Assembly (NCBI GenBank): GCA_965203325.1
Contig: OZ241875.1
Coordinates: forward strand, 2,848,001-2,912,000
Direction of reading: 5' to 3'
DNA: 64,000 nucleotides
Source of the DNA: a bacterium
Lineage (GTDB): Bacteria > UBA8248
Position 1 is the first letter of the stretch, and each line of letters begins with the position of its first letter. This document shows positions 1-8,765 of the stretch, piece after piece. The notes beneath the pieces are model-generated. The model was not told the origin of the DNA and made no database searches. It was given only the letters and a program-made list of their open reading frames with translations. The position numbers and the translations under genes were made by a program.

Positions 1-2
1 TC

Positions 3-1088
3 ACGCCGGCCATCGCCACGGCGGTGGCGAACGCGCGGACATACGCCGAACTCGAAGGCATCAAGGACGGCTTTCACCAGGAGACGCTTCATCTGCGGGA
101 TCAGATCAAGGAGATTCACAACCCGGACGAACTCACCGGTTCGAGTCCGGCGGTGGAGGACATCCGGGAACTGATCGCCCGCGTGGCGCCCACCGAAGCC
201 ACGGTGCTCGTCCTGGGCGAGACGGGAACGGGCAAAGAGCTGGTCGCGCGCGGCATCCACCACCTGAGCGATCGCAGAGACCGCGTGCTGGTGAAGGTGA
301 ACTGCGCGGCGCTGCAGGAGACGCTTTTGCTGAGCGAATTGTTCGGCCACGAAAAGGGCGCGTTCACTGGCGCGGTGGGCAGAAAACCGGGCCGATTCGA
401 GATCGCGGACAGGGGCACGATTTTTCTCGACGAGATCGGGGAGATATCTCCCGAGGCGCAGGTGAAGATTCTGAGAGTCATGCAGGAGAGGGAATTCGAG
501 AGAGTCGGCGGCACCGAGACGATCCGGGTGGACGTGCGGATCATCGCCGCCACGAACCGGAATCTGGAGGAAGAGGTTCGCCTGGGCCGGTTCCGCGACG
601 ATCTCTACTTCCGCCTGAACGTCATCCCCATCGAAACGCCTCCGCTCAGGGAGCGCAAGGAGGACATTCCGGAACTGGTCGATTATTTTGTAAGTAAGCA
701 TGGCCCCCGCATGAACCGGCGCATCGAATCCGTGGACCCCCGGGCGCTGGATCGGCTCATGCGGTACGACTGGCCCGGCAACATCCGTGAACTCGAGAAC
801 GTGGTGGAGCGCGGGCTCGTCCTGGGGCGCGGTCGGGTTCTCCGGTTCGACAGGCAGCTTCTGGGCGAGGCGCCACCCTCAGCGAGAGAGAGCGAGTTCA
901 CCTCGCTCGAGGAATACGAAAGACGCTATATCCTGCGGGTGCTCGAGCATGCGGGAGGCCGCGTATCCGGAGAGCGGGGCGCCGCCCGCATTCTGGGGAT
1001 GAAGCCCACGACGCTTCAGAGCCGGATGAAGAAGCTGGGCATCGAGCCCCGCCGCGAGTTCAGGAGAGTGAACGGCAAGGGGAAATGA
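3..1088 (+). CDS. Sigma-54-dependent transcriptional activator (FhlA/NifA-like AAA+ plus Fis-type HTH), 5'-truncated by the window edge
   Basis: GETGTGKE Walker A, ELFGHEKGAFTGA (GAFTGA loop), FLDEIGE Walker B, WPGNIRELEN, C-terminal AARILGMKPTTLQSRMKKLGI HTH. The frame is open back to the window start. Confidence 0.95.
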   Translation, partial: TPAIATAVANARTYAELEGIKDGFHQETLHLRDQIKEIHNPDELTGSSPAVEDIRELIARVAPTEATVLVLGETGTGKELVARGIHHLSDRRDRVLVKVNCAALQETLLLSELFGHEKGAFTGAVGRKPGRFEIADRGTIFLDEIGEISPEAQVKILRVMQEREFERVGGTETIRVDVRIIAATNRNLEEEVRLGRFRDDLYFRLNVIPIETPPLRERKEDIPELVDYFVSKHGPRMNRRIESVDPRALDRLMRYDWPGNIRELENVVERGLVLGRGRVLRFDRQLLGEAPPSARESEFTSLEEYERRYILRVLEHAGGRVSGERGAARILGMKPTTLQSRMKKLGIEPRREFRRVNGKGK

Positions 1089-1125
1089 ATCATTGCTCAA
1101 GATATGAGGCGCAAGGAGAAATTTG

Positions 1126-1857
1126 ATGGACAGAGCAATCTGGGCGACTTGGTACGACCTGCCCGAGGCGGGGGCGAACGAGTACATCGCATGGCTGCAT
1201 GAGGTGCATCTGCCCGAGATGCTGGAGCGCACGGGCTACCTTTGGGCGGCGCACGTGGACAACGACAAGAGCGAGGAGCGAAAAGAGAACGTGAACAGGC
1301 GCCTCACGCACACCGACGACCCTTCCGTGCCGACCGGCAACGGGTATCTGATGCTCTTCGGGGCCGAGAGCGTCCACACGTTTCTGAATCCCTCTCCTGC
1401 GCAACTGGCCGAGAAGTGGGGGCCCGATGAGCGCGAGATGCTGGGGATGCGCATCGGATGCCGCGAATGCGTATTTGTGGAGACGGGGCGGATCGACGGC
1501 CCCGAGATTGCGCAGCGCGCGCCGGGCATCACGCCGGGCCCGAGAATCCAGATGGGGAGTTTCAACATCAACGCGCTCGTGAACGAAGAGGGCATGGGCG
1601 CGTGGTACGTCCAGCTTCGCTTTCCCCGGATGCAGACCCTGGAGGGCTGCGTGGGAATGCGCAAGCTGGTTTCGGTATACGGCTGGGCCAAGCACGCCGT
1701 GCTCTATGAGTTCGACCTGAACACTTCCGTCGAGCATTATTTCCAGAAAGAACTCGAGAGCGAGGAATGGTCGCGCGAAATGGTGGGCAGCCTCGTGCAT
1801 GTGCCCGGTTCGCCCAGCACGGGGCGGCGCATCTGGCCGCCTGTGGCGGATTCCTGA
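1126..1857 (+). CDS. Hypothetical protein, probably tandem EthD/DUF4286-like dimeric alpha/beta-barrel
   Basis: AAGGAG RBS before ATG; two repeats of the AW-x3/4-(H/R)-(L/F)P pattern (AWLHEVHLPEM, AWYVQLRFPRM). Confidence 0.65.
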   Translation: MDRAIWATWYDLPEAGANEYIAWLHEVHLPEMLERTGYLWAAHVDNDKSEERKENVNRRLTHTDDPSVPTGNGYLMLFGAESVHTFLNPSPAQLAEKWGPDEREMLGMRIGCRECVFVETGRIDGPEIAQRAPGITPGPRIQMGSFNINALVNEEGMGAWYVQLRFPRMQTLEGCVGMRKLVSVYGWAKHAVLYEFDLNTSVEHYFQKELESEEWSREMVGSLVHVPGSPSTGRRIWPPVADS

Positions 1858-1869
1858 AGCCTTACAATG

Positions 1870-1908
1870 AAACCGCCGGAGCCTCGTGCGAGACCCCGGC
1901 GGTTTTTT
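1870..1908. terminator. Intrinsic terminator, possibly bidirectional
   Basis: aaaccgccgg...ccggcggtttttt hairpin directly after the stop at 1857. Confidence 0.7.
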
Positions 1909-2082
1909 CTATGAAACTTACTTCTTCTTCACGCCGATGCCGGCGAAAATCTTCCCGAAGCGTTCGTACCCACGGCGATATATTTTCTCTTTATGGGAAA
2001 TAATGTATCTTCATTGCTCGTTTCGCGCAATCAAGATGAGGAGGTCGGCTCCTTTTCGGGGTGCGCCAATGAGGAGAGGGAT

Positions 2083-2523
2083 ATGTTCGAGACCACGCGC
2101 GGCGGCGTGGACGTGGGACTTTCCACGAGGAACATCGCCGCGATGAAGAAGTTCTACACCGAGGTGCTCGGCCTGGAAGAAGCGGCGGTTATCGAGGTGC
2201 CGGGCGATTTCGTGCGCGCGGCGGGTTTCGCCAAAGGCGGCGTGAAGCTCCACGCCCTGAAATCGGGTGAGGTGCTCATCAAGCTGCTCGAATTCCCCGA
2301 AAGCCCCGCTGCCTCGGGAGATGCGCTGGCGGATTCAGCCGTCGGGTTCCGCTACCTCACCTTCTGGGTGAAGGACATGGAGGCGGCCGTGGCGCACCTG
2401 CGCGATGCAGGCGTGGAACTGCTCTCCGGCATATTGTCCCGCGTGCCCGAGAGAAAGACGATTTTTTTCAAGGACCCCGACGGCAATCTGCTCGAACTCA
2501 ACTGGGTGGACCCGGCGGTTTGA
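2083..2523 (+). CDS. VOC/glyoxalase family protein
   Basis: GAGGAG RBS before ATG 2083; FYTEVLGL and FFKDPDGNLLEL motifs. Confidence 0.9.
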   Translation: MFETTRGGVDVGLSTRNIAAMKKFYTEVLGLEEAAVIEVPGDFVRAAGFAKGGVKLHALKSGEVLIKLLEFPESPAASGDALADSAVGFRYLTFWVKDMEAAVAHLRDAGVELLSGILSRVPERKTIFFKDPDGNLLELNWVDPAV

Positions 2524-2574
2524 GATAAAACGGATGCACAGGCTTTTTCAATCCATACCCAACAGGAGAAAGAA

Positions 2575-2958
2575 ATGAAGCTGACGTACGATCACATTCA
2601 TTGCGTTCACACCGACGTGGACGAGGCGGTAGGTTTTTATGTGAACGTTTTCGGGGCGACCGAGACCAACCGCATCGACAGGGGCGGCGCACCGCAGGTC
2701 TATCTCGACGTGCACGGGGCGAGCGTCATCATTCGCGGCAAGCGCGACGGCGAGGAACTGGCGGCGGGGCCGGGCGGCTGGCCCCGCTACAGCATCGATC
2801 ACTACGCGTTCTGCGTGGAAGGCAAACTCGCCGATGCGGTCGCCGAGGTCCGCGCGAACGGCGGAAACGTCATCGCCGAAGGCGAGGCGGATGAGCTCTG
2901 GTTCGCCTACGTCGAAGGCCCCGACGGCGTCGTCGTCGAACTGATGGAGATGAAGTAG
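2575..2958 (+). CDS. VOC/glyoxalase family protein
   Basis: YDHIH, FYVNVFG, IDHYAF and GPDGVVVELME metal-binding VOC motifs. Confidence 0.9.
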   Translation: MKLTYDHIHCVHTDVDEAVGFYVNVFGATETNRIDRGGAPQVYLDVHGASVIIRGKRDGEELAAGPGGWPRYSIDHYAFCVEGKLADAVAEVRANGGNVIAEGEADELWFAYVEGPDGVVVELMEMK

Positions 2959-2998
2959 AAGACCGACACTGTGGCCGAGAGCGAGCGGGGGAGCAGGC

Positions 2999-3658
2999 AT
3001 GTTTCAGAGAATCTTTTTCGCAGCTGTCGTCTCGGGCGTGATCGCGGGGCTTTTCGCCACCGCCGTCCAATCGACTCAAGTCATCCCCCTGATATACGAA
3101 GCCGAAAAATACGAGCGGCGAGAACCTGTCCCCATCCCGCAAACCCATGAGGATCACCCGGAAGAGGGAGGGGATTTCTCGCGCCTCGCGCTCACCCTGG
3201 TCTCGAACGTCGTCTCGGGCGTCGGCTTCGCGCTTTTGCTCGTCGGTTGTTTCGCCCTTCACGGGGAGGTGGACTGGCGGCGGGGGATCCTCTGGGGGGT
3301 GGGCGGCTTCATCGTCTTCTCTCTCTCGCCCGCCATCGGATTGCCGCCCGAACTCCCAGGCGTCGAAGCGGCCCCTTTACCGCACAGGCAACTCTGGTGG
3401 ATTCTCACAGTCGTGTGTACAGCGGCGGGCCTGATGCTGCTGGTCTTCAAGCCGGGAGCGTTCTTCAAGGCGCTGGGGGTCGGCCTCATCGTCTTGCCGC
3501 ACGTCATCGGCGCCCCCCATCCTGAAGCGGGCGGCGGCTTGGTTCCCCGGGCGCTTCTCGAGAGGTTCATCCTCACGGCGCTCATGGCCTCGGCCGCCTT
3601 CTGGGTCGTCCTGGGCCTTTGCGCGGGCTATTTCTTCAACCGCTTGAAGGGAGAATAA
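2999..3658 (+). CDS. cbtA: CbtA family putative cobalt transporter
   Basis: PLIYEAEKYE, PAIGLPPELPG, RQLWW and LPHVIGAPHP motifs of CbtA; multiple TM helices. Confidence 0.9.
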   Translation: MFQRIFFAAVVSGVIAGLFATAVQSTQVIPLIYEAEKYERREPVPIPQTHEDHPEEGGDFSRLALTLVSNVVSGVGFALLLVGCFALHGEVDWRRGILWGVGGFIVFSLSPAIGLPPELPGVEAAPLPHRQLWWILTVVCTAAGLMLLVFKPGAFFKALGVGLIVLPHVIGAPHPEAGGGLVPRALLERFILTALMASAAFWVVLGLCAGYFFNRLKGE

Positions 3659-3774
3659 TTCGTTCCGAATGTCGGAGTAGCCGAGGAATTCGGCTCCCGC
3701 CGCGGATTCCTCGCCGAACGCCGAGACGCTCGCCGAGGAATCTTCGGAGAAGTCGCGACCGAAGCCGGGGCGTT

Positions 3775-4095
3775 TTAGGGAGGGGGTGCCTGGTTTTGTT
3801 TTTCGATGAGATGTCTGATGCCGGCGGAGGCCTCACGAATGCCGGCGGAGGCCTCACGAATGCCGGCGGACGCCTCGCGAATGCCGGCGCCGATGTCCGC
3901 GAACATTTCGCCTTGTTGCCTGATCATTTCCTCCAGATTATCGAGGTGGCGGTTTCTTTCCTTCGACGCCTCCTGCATCTGTATCAATCCGGCCCGAATG
4001 AAATAGCACTGCGCAAAGGCGGCGCACACGATGGCCAGAGGCGTCAGGAATACGCCCAGCACTTCGAGGATGGTGACGTCGTTGGGGACGCCCAT
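3775..4095 (-). CDS. Small membrane-anchored coiled-coil protein with heptad repeat (AGIREAS)n
   Basis: MGVPNDVTILEVLGVFLTPLAIVCAAFAQC hydrophobic N-terminus, then coiled coil; purine-rich RBS-like run upstream. Confidence 0.65.
   Translation of the reverse strand: MGVPNDVTILEVLGVFLTPLAIVCAAFAQCYFIRAGLIQMQEASKERNRHLDNLEEMIRQQGEMFADIGAGIREASAGIREASAGIREASAGIRHLIEKQNQAPPP
3818..3889. repeat. 21-bp tandem repeat, about 3.4 copies (atgccggcggaggcctcacga)
   Basis: Units at 3818, 3839 (identical), 3860 (2 mismatches) and partial at 3881. Confidence 0.95.
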
Positions 4096-4260
4096 GGTTT
4101 CTCGATCCTTTCCCCTCGTGTGAATGACGGCGTCTGAATTGTAGGAGAAGCGCGAAGCGGCGGCAACCCCTTGGTCGCTTCGGCCCGGTCGTCTTCGCCA
4201 TTCACTGCCGCCGTCTTTCTCGTTTTCTCCGGCGAAAGACCCCGGCAGGGATGACGACAA

Positions 4261-4276
4261 ATCGTATAATTACGAT
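4261..4276. promoter_or_regulatory. Palindrome ATCGTA-N4-TACGAT, candidate upstream activator site
   Basis: Perfect 6+6 dyad about 100 bp upstream of a sigma-54 promoter in an AT-rich intergenic region. Confidence 0.45.
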
Positions 4277-4372
4277 ATATCGAATAATTCTTGCCTCTTT
4301 ATTAACATCTCCTTTCAGCATCCGCTTTCCTAACCCCTTGTAAATTTGATGGTTCGTTAGGTTTTCATATTA

Positions 4373-4388
4373 TGGCACGCATTTTGCT
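4373..4388 (+). promoter_or_regulatory. Sigma-54 (-24/-12) promoter
   Basis: TGGCACG-CATT-TTGCT matches the consensus TGGCACG-N4-TTGCW. Confidence 0.85.
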
Positions 4389-4445
4389 TAGAATATAGAT
4401 AAGTAGTTTCCTGAGTACCGCAGTATGAGGGAAAGGAGGCGCGAG

Positions 4446-4646
4446 ATGGAATTTCTCAAGATGTACGCAGTGGCGGGGCTTCCGGTTTTCTTCGCATTCG
4501 CCGCGATTTGGTGGTTCATGACCTCCAGCATCATCCATCAGCCTCCGGCGAAAACAGCACAGACGAAAGACGCCAGGATAGCCTTGGTCGAAACGAAACT
4601 GCTGGACGCCATTGACCCCCAATTGGAATTGCGGAAAGCCGCCTAG
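4446..4646 (+). CDS. Small single-TM membrane protein (66 aa)
   Basis: AGGAGG RBS before ATG 4446; one hydrophobic helix; ends ELRKAA. Confidence 0.65.
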   Translation: MEFLKMYAVAGLPVFFAFAAIWWFMTSSIIHQPPAKTAQTKDARIALVETKLLDAIDPQLELRKAA

Positions 4647-4683
4647 AAACATGGCTCAGGAATTCGGGAAACGGAGAGAAACG

Positions 4684-5154
4684 ATGTATGAGCGGATACT
4701 GATTCCACTGGACGGTTCGGAAGAGGCGGAAGCCGCCGCCCATGAGGTGGTTCACCTCTCGATGAACCCGCAAGTCGTTCATCTGCAATTGGTGGAAAAC
4801 GGCGTCATGCAGTCGAGGCAGCTGGAAGGCTACACGATGTACGCCGATCAGATTCACGATGCGCGCAAGCGCTCGGGCGAGGCGTATCTGCAGCCCTTGC
4901 GTCGCAAGCTGGAAGCCAGGGGCCTGCGCGTCGAGGTTTCGGTGACGAGCGGCGACCCCTTGGGTGAGGTGATCGAGAGAGCCGGGAAATTGGACGCCGA
5001 CCTCGTTCTCCTCGGCGCCGGAGAGGGCGGATGGCTGAGGCGGCGCATCGGATTGGCGCACATCGCCCCGCATCTCGCGAAGAAGGTGAAAGCCCACGTC
5101 CTGCTGGTTCAGGGGCTGTTGAAATCCGAAAAGGCTCTCCAGAGAGCCGCATAG
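4684..5154 (+). CDS. Universal stress protein (UspA family)
   Basis: MYERILIPLDGS N-terminus, GDP...ADLVLLG and C-terminal VLLV; GGAG RBS. Confidence 0.92.
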   Translation: MYERILIPLDGSEEAEAAAHEVVHLSMNPQVVHLQLVENGVMQSRQLEGYTMYADQIHDARKRSGEAYLQPLRRKLEARGLRVEVSVTSGDPLGEVIERAGKLDADLVLLGAGEGGWLRRRIGLAHIAPHLAKKVKAHVLLVQGLLKSEKALQRAA

Positions 5155-5335
5155 AAAATCCTGCCGTGGCCCAACCACTGGGCCGCGCCCCACATACCTC
5201 CCCCTCGGTGGCCCGCGCCATCCGGCAAGGGGCCGCCGGGAGGGGAATCCTCACTTTCCATTTTAGAGTCGTTCCGAAGCCGGCGCCCGGATGGTAGAAT
5301 TTCGCCTCGTCCATGATTCGCGCGAGGAGTGAGCA

Positions 5336-6232
5336 TTGAGAATCGGAATCCTGTGTCGCGATGCGACCCTACACGGCGTCCGGAGAATCTCGGAGACCGC
5401 CAGGCGCAGAAAACACCGGGTGCGCGTGCTGGATCCGTACCGCTTCCTGCTGAAGCTGGACGAGGGAGAGATATCGCTCGAATTCAGGGGCAAACCCTTC
5501 GCGGGTGCGGACGTATTTCTTCCGCGTCTGGGGGCGAACATCTCCGAGCATTCCCTGGCCCTCATCCGCCACTTGGAAGCCTCAGGCGCGCTGGTGATCA
5601 ACAACTCGCGCGCGATAGAGACGGCGCGGGACAAGCTCCGCACCCTACAGCTTCTGGCGCAAGAAGGACTTCCGGTGCCGAAGACGGCGTTCGCGCCGGA
5701 CCCGGCGTATCTTCGCGCGGCGCTCGAAAGCGTGGGCGGCGCGCCCGTCGTCATGAAACTCCCGCGCGGTACGCAGGGCAAGGGTGTCATGCGCGCCCAC
5801 GACGTCGAAGAAGCGCAGGCCATCTCCGAGGTGATGTGGAACTTACAGCGCGACGCCATCGTCCAGGAATACGTCGAAGAAGCCAGGAAGGGGGATTCGC
5901 GCGTCATCGTCGTGGGCGGCGAAATGGCGGCCGCCGTGAGAAGGCGCGCCTCGCGGGATGAGTTTCGCACGAATCTTCATCGCGGCGGTTCGGTCCGCAA
6001 AGTCACCCCTAACAGGCGAGTCTCCGAACTCGCCATCAGCGCCGCGAGGCTGTGCGGGCTCGAAATCGCGGGCGTCGACCTGCTGGAGACGAAAAGGGGG
6101 CCTCTGGTTCTGGAGGTGAACGCCGCTCCCGGCTTCGAAGGCGTGGAGCGCGCCGGCGGACCCGATGTGGCGCCCTTGATTATCGATCACGTCGAGCGGC
6201 GTTTTGAGGAGTGGAAGCAGAAAAAGGGGTGA
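5336..6232 (+). CDS. rimK: RimK family alpha-L-glutamate ligase (ATP-grasp)
   Basis: RDKLRTLQLL, GTQGKGV, VQEYV, FRTNLHRGG and LEVNAAPGFEG motifs. Confidence 0.9.
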   Translation: MRIGILCRDATLHGVRRISETARRRKHRVRVLDPYRFLLKLDEGEISLEFRGKPFAGADVFLPRLGANISEHSLALIRHLEASGALVINNSRAIETARDKLRTLQLLAQEGLPVPKTAFAPDPAYLRAALESVGGAPVVMKLPRGTQGKGVMRAHDVEEAQAISEVMWNLQRDAIVQEYVEEARKGDSRVIVVGGEMAAAVRRRASRDEFRTNLHRGGSVRKVTPNRRVSELAISAARLCGLEIAGVDLLETKRGPLVLEVNAAPGFEGVERAGGPDVAPLIIDHVERRFEEWKQKKG

Positions 6233-6305
6233 TTCGTTTGCCGGTCTTTGCGCCCCGGCCTATAATCCACAACCGGTTTTCAAGAACTGATGAGGGAGAT
6301 TCGAA

Positions 6306-7619
6306 TTGAGCGACATCGACGCCATATGCCTTGCGGCGAGGAGCGCCGCGCTCGCGCTGGCGCCACTTACGAACGAGGTGCGGAACCGCGTCCTGGCCGC
6401 CATGGCGGATGCGATTGACGAAAACTCAGGAGCTATCCTGGATGCGAACGCACAAGACGTAACCGCTGCGGAACCGCTCGTGGCGAGCGGGGAGATGTCC
6501 GAGCCTTTGCTGAGACGTCTGGAACTCAGCGAGCGCAAGGTGGCGCAGATGGCGGACGGCGTGCGCGCCGTGGCCGCCCTGCCCGATCCGCTGGGCGTGG
6601 CGCGTATGGCGACGCTCCTCGATGAGGAGTTGACGCTCAGGCGGGTCACATGTCCTTTGGGCGTGATTGCCGCCGTGTTCGAATCCCGTCCCGACGCGCT
6701 GGTACAGATCGCCTCGCTTTGTCTCAAATCCGGCAACGCCGCCATCCTGAAAGGGGGGCGCGAGGCGACGCACACGAACCGCCTGATGACCGAGCTTATA
6801 AGAGACGCGGCGTCATCGACGGGCGAGGTTCCCGCCGACGCGCTGCAGCTCGTCGAGGCGCGTGAGGACGTGCAGGCTTTACTTGCGCGAGATGACGCGG
6901 TCGACCTGCTTATACCGCGCGGGAGCAACGAGTTCGTCCGCTACATCAAGGAGCACTCGAACATCCCGGTGCTCGGCCACGCGGACGGCATCTGTCATCT
7001 CTACGTGGACGAGGCGGCGGAGACGGAGATGGCCGTGCGCCTCACTTTCGACGCCAAGACGCAATACCCCGCCGTCTGCAACGCCATCGAGACGCTCCTG
7101 GTGCACGAGAAAAAAGCGGGCGAGTTCCTCCCGCGGGCCGCCGAGGCGCTTGCGGAGAAGGGAGTCGCCATCCGGGGCTGCGATGCCACGCGGGCGATTC
7201 TGGCGAGTGCGGGCGCGGCAACGGAGGAAGATTGGGAGACCGAATATCTGGACCTCATCCTCTCCGTCCGGGTGGTGGAATCCTTGGCCCAAGCCGTCGA
7301 TCACATCAACCGCTACGGCTCGCGCCACACCGACGCCATCGTGACAAAGGATGAGGCGGCGGCGCGGACGTTTCTCTCCAGAGTCGACGCCGCAAGCGTC
7401 ATGTGGAACGCCTCCACGCGCCTGGCGGACGGCTTCCGCTACGGCTTCGGCGCCGAGGTGGGCATCGCCACCGACAAGATCCACGCGCGCGGCCCCGTGG
7501 GTCTCGAAGGTTTGGTGACCTACAAATACCAGCTTGAGGGAAACGGCCACTTGGTCTCGGACTATGAGGGAGCCGATGCGCGCCCCTTCCTCCACTGCCC
7601 GATTCCCTTAAACGAATAG
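6306..7619 (+). CDS. proA: Gamma-glutamyl phosphate reductase
   Basis: FESRPD, LKSGNAAILKGG, VCNAIETLLVH, NASTRLADGFRYGFGAEVGI and HARGPVGLEGL. Confidence 0.97.
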   Translation: MSDIDAICLAARSAALALAPLTNEVRNRVLAAMADAIDENSGAILDANAQDVTAAEPLVASGEMSEPLLRRLELSERKVAQMADGVRAVAALPDPLGVARMATLLDEELTLRRVTCPLGVIAAVFESRPDALVQIASLCLKSGNAAILKGGREATHTNRLMTELIRDAASSTGEVPADALQLVEAREDVQALLARDDAVDLLIPRGSNEFVRYIKEHSNIPVLGHADGICHLYVDEAAETEMAVRLTFDAKTQYPAVCNAIETLLVHEKKAGEFLPRAAEALAEKGVAIRGCDATRAILASAGAATEEDWETEYLDLILSVRVVESLAQAVDHINRYGSRHTDAIVTKDEAAARTFLSRVDAASVMWNASTRLADGFRYGFGAEVGIATDKIHARGPVGLEGLVTYKYQLEGNGHLVSDYEGADARPFLHCPIPLNE

Positions 7620-7632
7620 AGTTCTCCTAAGT

Positions 7633-7956
7633 TTGGGCAAGTGGGTCGTCGCCTCGTTCCTCGTTCTGGGCGGTGCGCTCGTTGTCTTTTTATTCATCTT
7701 CCAGAATCCCAAACAAGAAGAAACGATTATCACCACGGGTGAAGGTGCTGCGGTCTACGCGCAAACCTGCGCCGCCTGCCACGGGGAGCGCGGCGAGGGC
7801 AGGCGTGAACTGGGAAACCCCCTGCGCGGCCGCGCGCTTCCTCTCGCCTATATCAAAGAGGTCATCCGGCGGGGCAGGAACAGGATGCCCGCCCTGCCCC
7901 ACATCCGGGGCGAGGCGCTCGAGAACGTGTCGAGATACGTGAATCGCCTGCCGTGA
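7633..7956 (+). CDS. Membrane-anchored monoheme class I cytochrome c
   Basis: N-terminal TM helix, CAACH heme motif and distal Met (GRNRMP). Confidence 0.9.
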   Translation: MGKWVVASFLVLGGALVVFLFIFQNPKQEETIITTGEGAAVYAQTCAACHGERGEGRRELGNPLRGRALPLAYIKEVIRRGRNRMPALPHIRGEALENVSRYVNRLP

Positions 7957-7985
7957 TTTCGAGGTGCTGGCTTTTTCTCTCGCCT

Positions 7986-8765
7986 TTATCCCTCGCTTCG
8001 CTCGGCGGTCCTCACCGCGAAAGTGAAGCAGACGCCGCTGAAGATGATCATGATGAGGAGGGAGAGCCAGAGCCCCGGCAGGTTGGCCACGGCGTCCGGC
8101 GCGCTCAGGTAGAGCGTTCTCCTTAGAGCCGCCACGCCGTAGGTGAGCGGGTTCACCTGCATGACGAGGCCGATGAGCGGGTGCGCCCCCGCGACCGGGA
8201 ACACCGCGCCCGAGAGCAGCCACAAGGGGATGAGCAGGAGGTTCATGATGGAGTGGAACCCCTGGGTGGATTCGATCCGCCAGGCCAGCAGCAGGCCGAG
8301 CGCGGTGAGCGCGAAGCCGATCAGGCCCATCACCAGCACCGAGGCGAGGGCGGCCTCCAAATTGAGCGGTACGCCCGCCAGGGGCGTGGCGATGAGCAGG
8401 AGGACGCCTTGCAGCAGCGCGAGCGTCGCCCCGCCCATCACTTGCCCCAGCACGATGGCCGAACGCGGAACGGGGGCTGCGAGCACGCCCTGTAAGAAGC
8501 GCGCTTTTCTGTCGTCCACCACGGCGAATGTCGAGAAGATGGCCGTGAAGAGCACCACCATGGCGATGATGCCCGGATAGAAGTATTCGAGATAGCCCTC
8601 TCCCCCTCCGCCCGCGTAGCGGAAGTTCCGCCCGAAGCCGCTGCCCAGCAGGAGCCAGAACAGGATGGGCTGGCCGAACGCGCCGATGATGCGGCTGCGC
8701 TGGCGCACGAAGCGCACGATCTCGCGCTGCCAGATCGTCCCCATGCAAAGGAGATAGGGCGTCAT
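7986..8765 (-). CDS. ABC-2 type exporter permease (end of the cox cluster)
   Basis: YLEYFYPGIIAM, LSGAVFP and NPLTYGV motifs; six TM helices. Confidence 0.92.
   Translation of the reverse strand: MTPYLLCMGTIWQREIVRFVRQRSRIIGAFGQPILFWLLLGSGFGRNFRYAGGGGEGYLEYFYPGIIAMVVLFTAIFSTFAVVDDRKARFLQGVLAAPVPRSAIVLGQVMGGATLALLQGVLLLIATPLAGVPLNLEAALASVLVMGLIGFALTALGLLLAWRIESTQGFHSIMNLLLIPLWLLSGAVFPVAGAHPLIGLVMQVNPLTYGVAALRRTLYLSAPDAVANLPGLWLSLLIMIIFSGVCFTFAVRTAERSEG

Noticed and set aside
3700..3745. gattcctcgccga / tcgccgaggaatc hairpin
   Set aside because: Adequately explained as a terminator-like or decayed repeat between convergent genes.
3818..3889. Repeat array as a possible CRISPR
   Set aside because: Units are contiguous without spacers, in frame within a CDS, and there are no cas genes.
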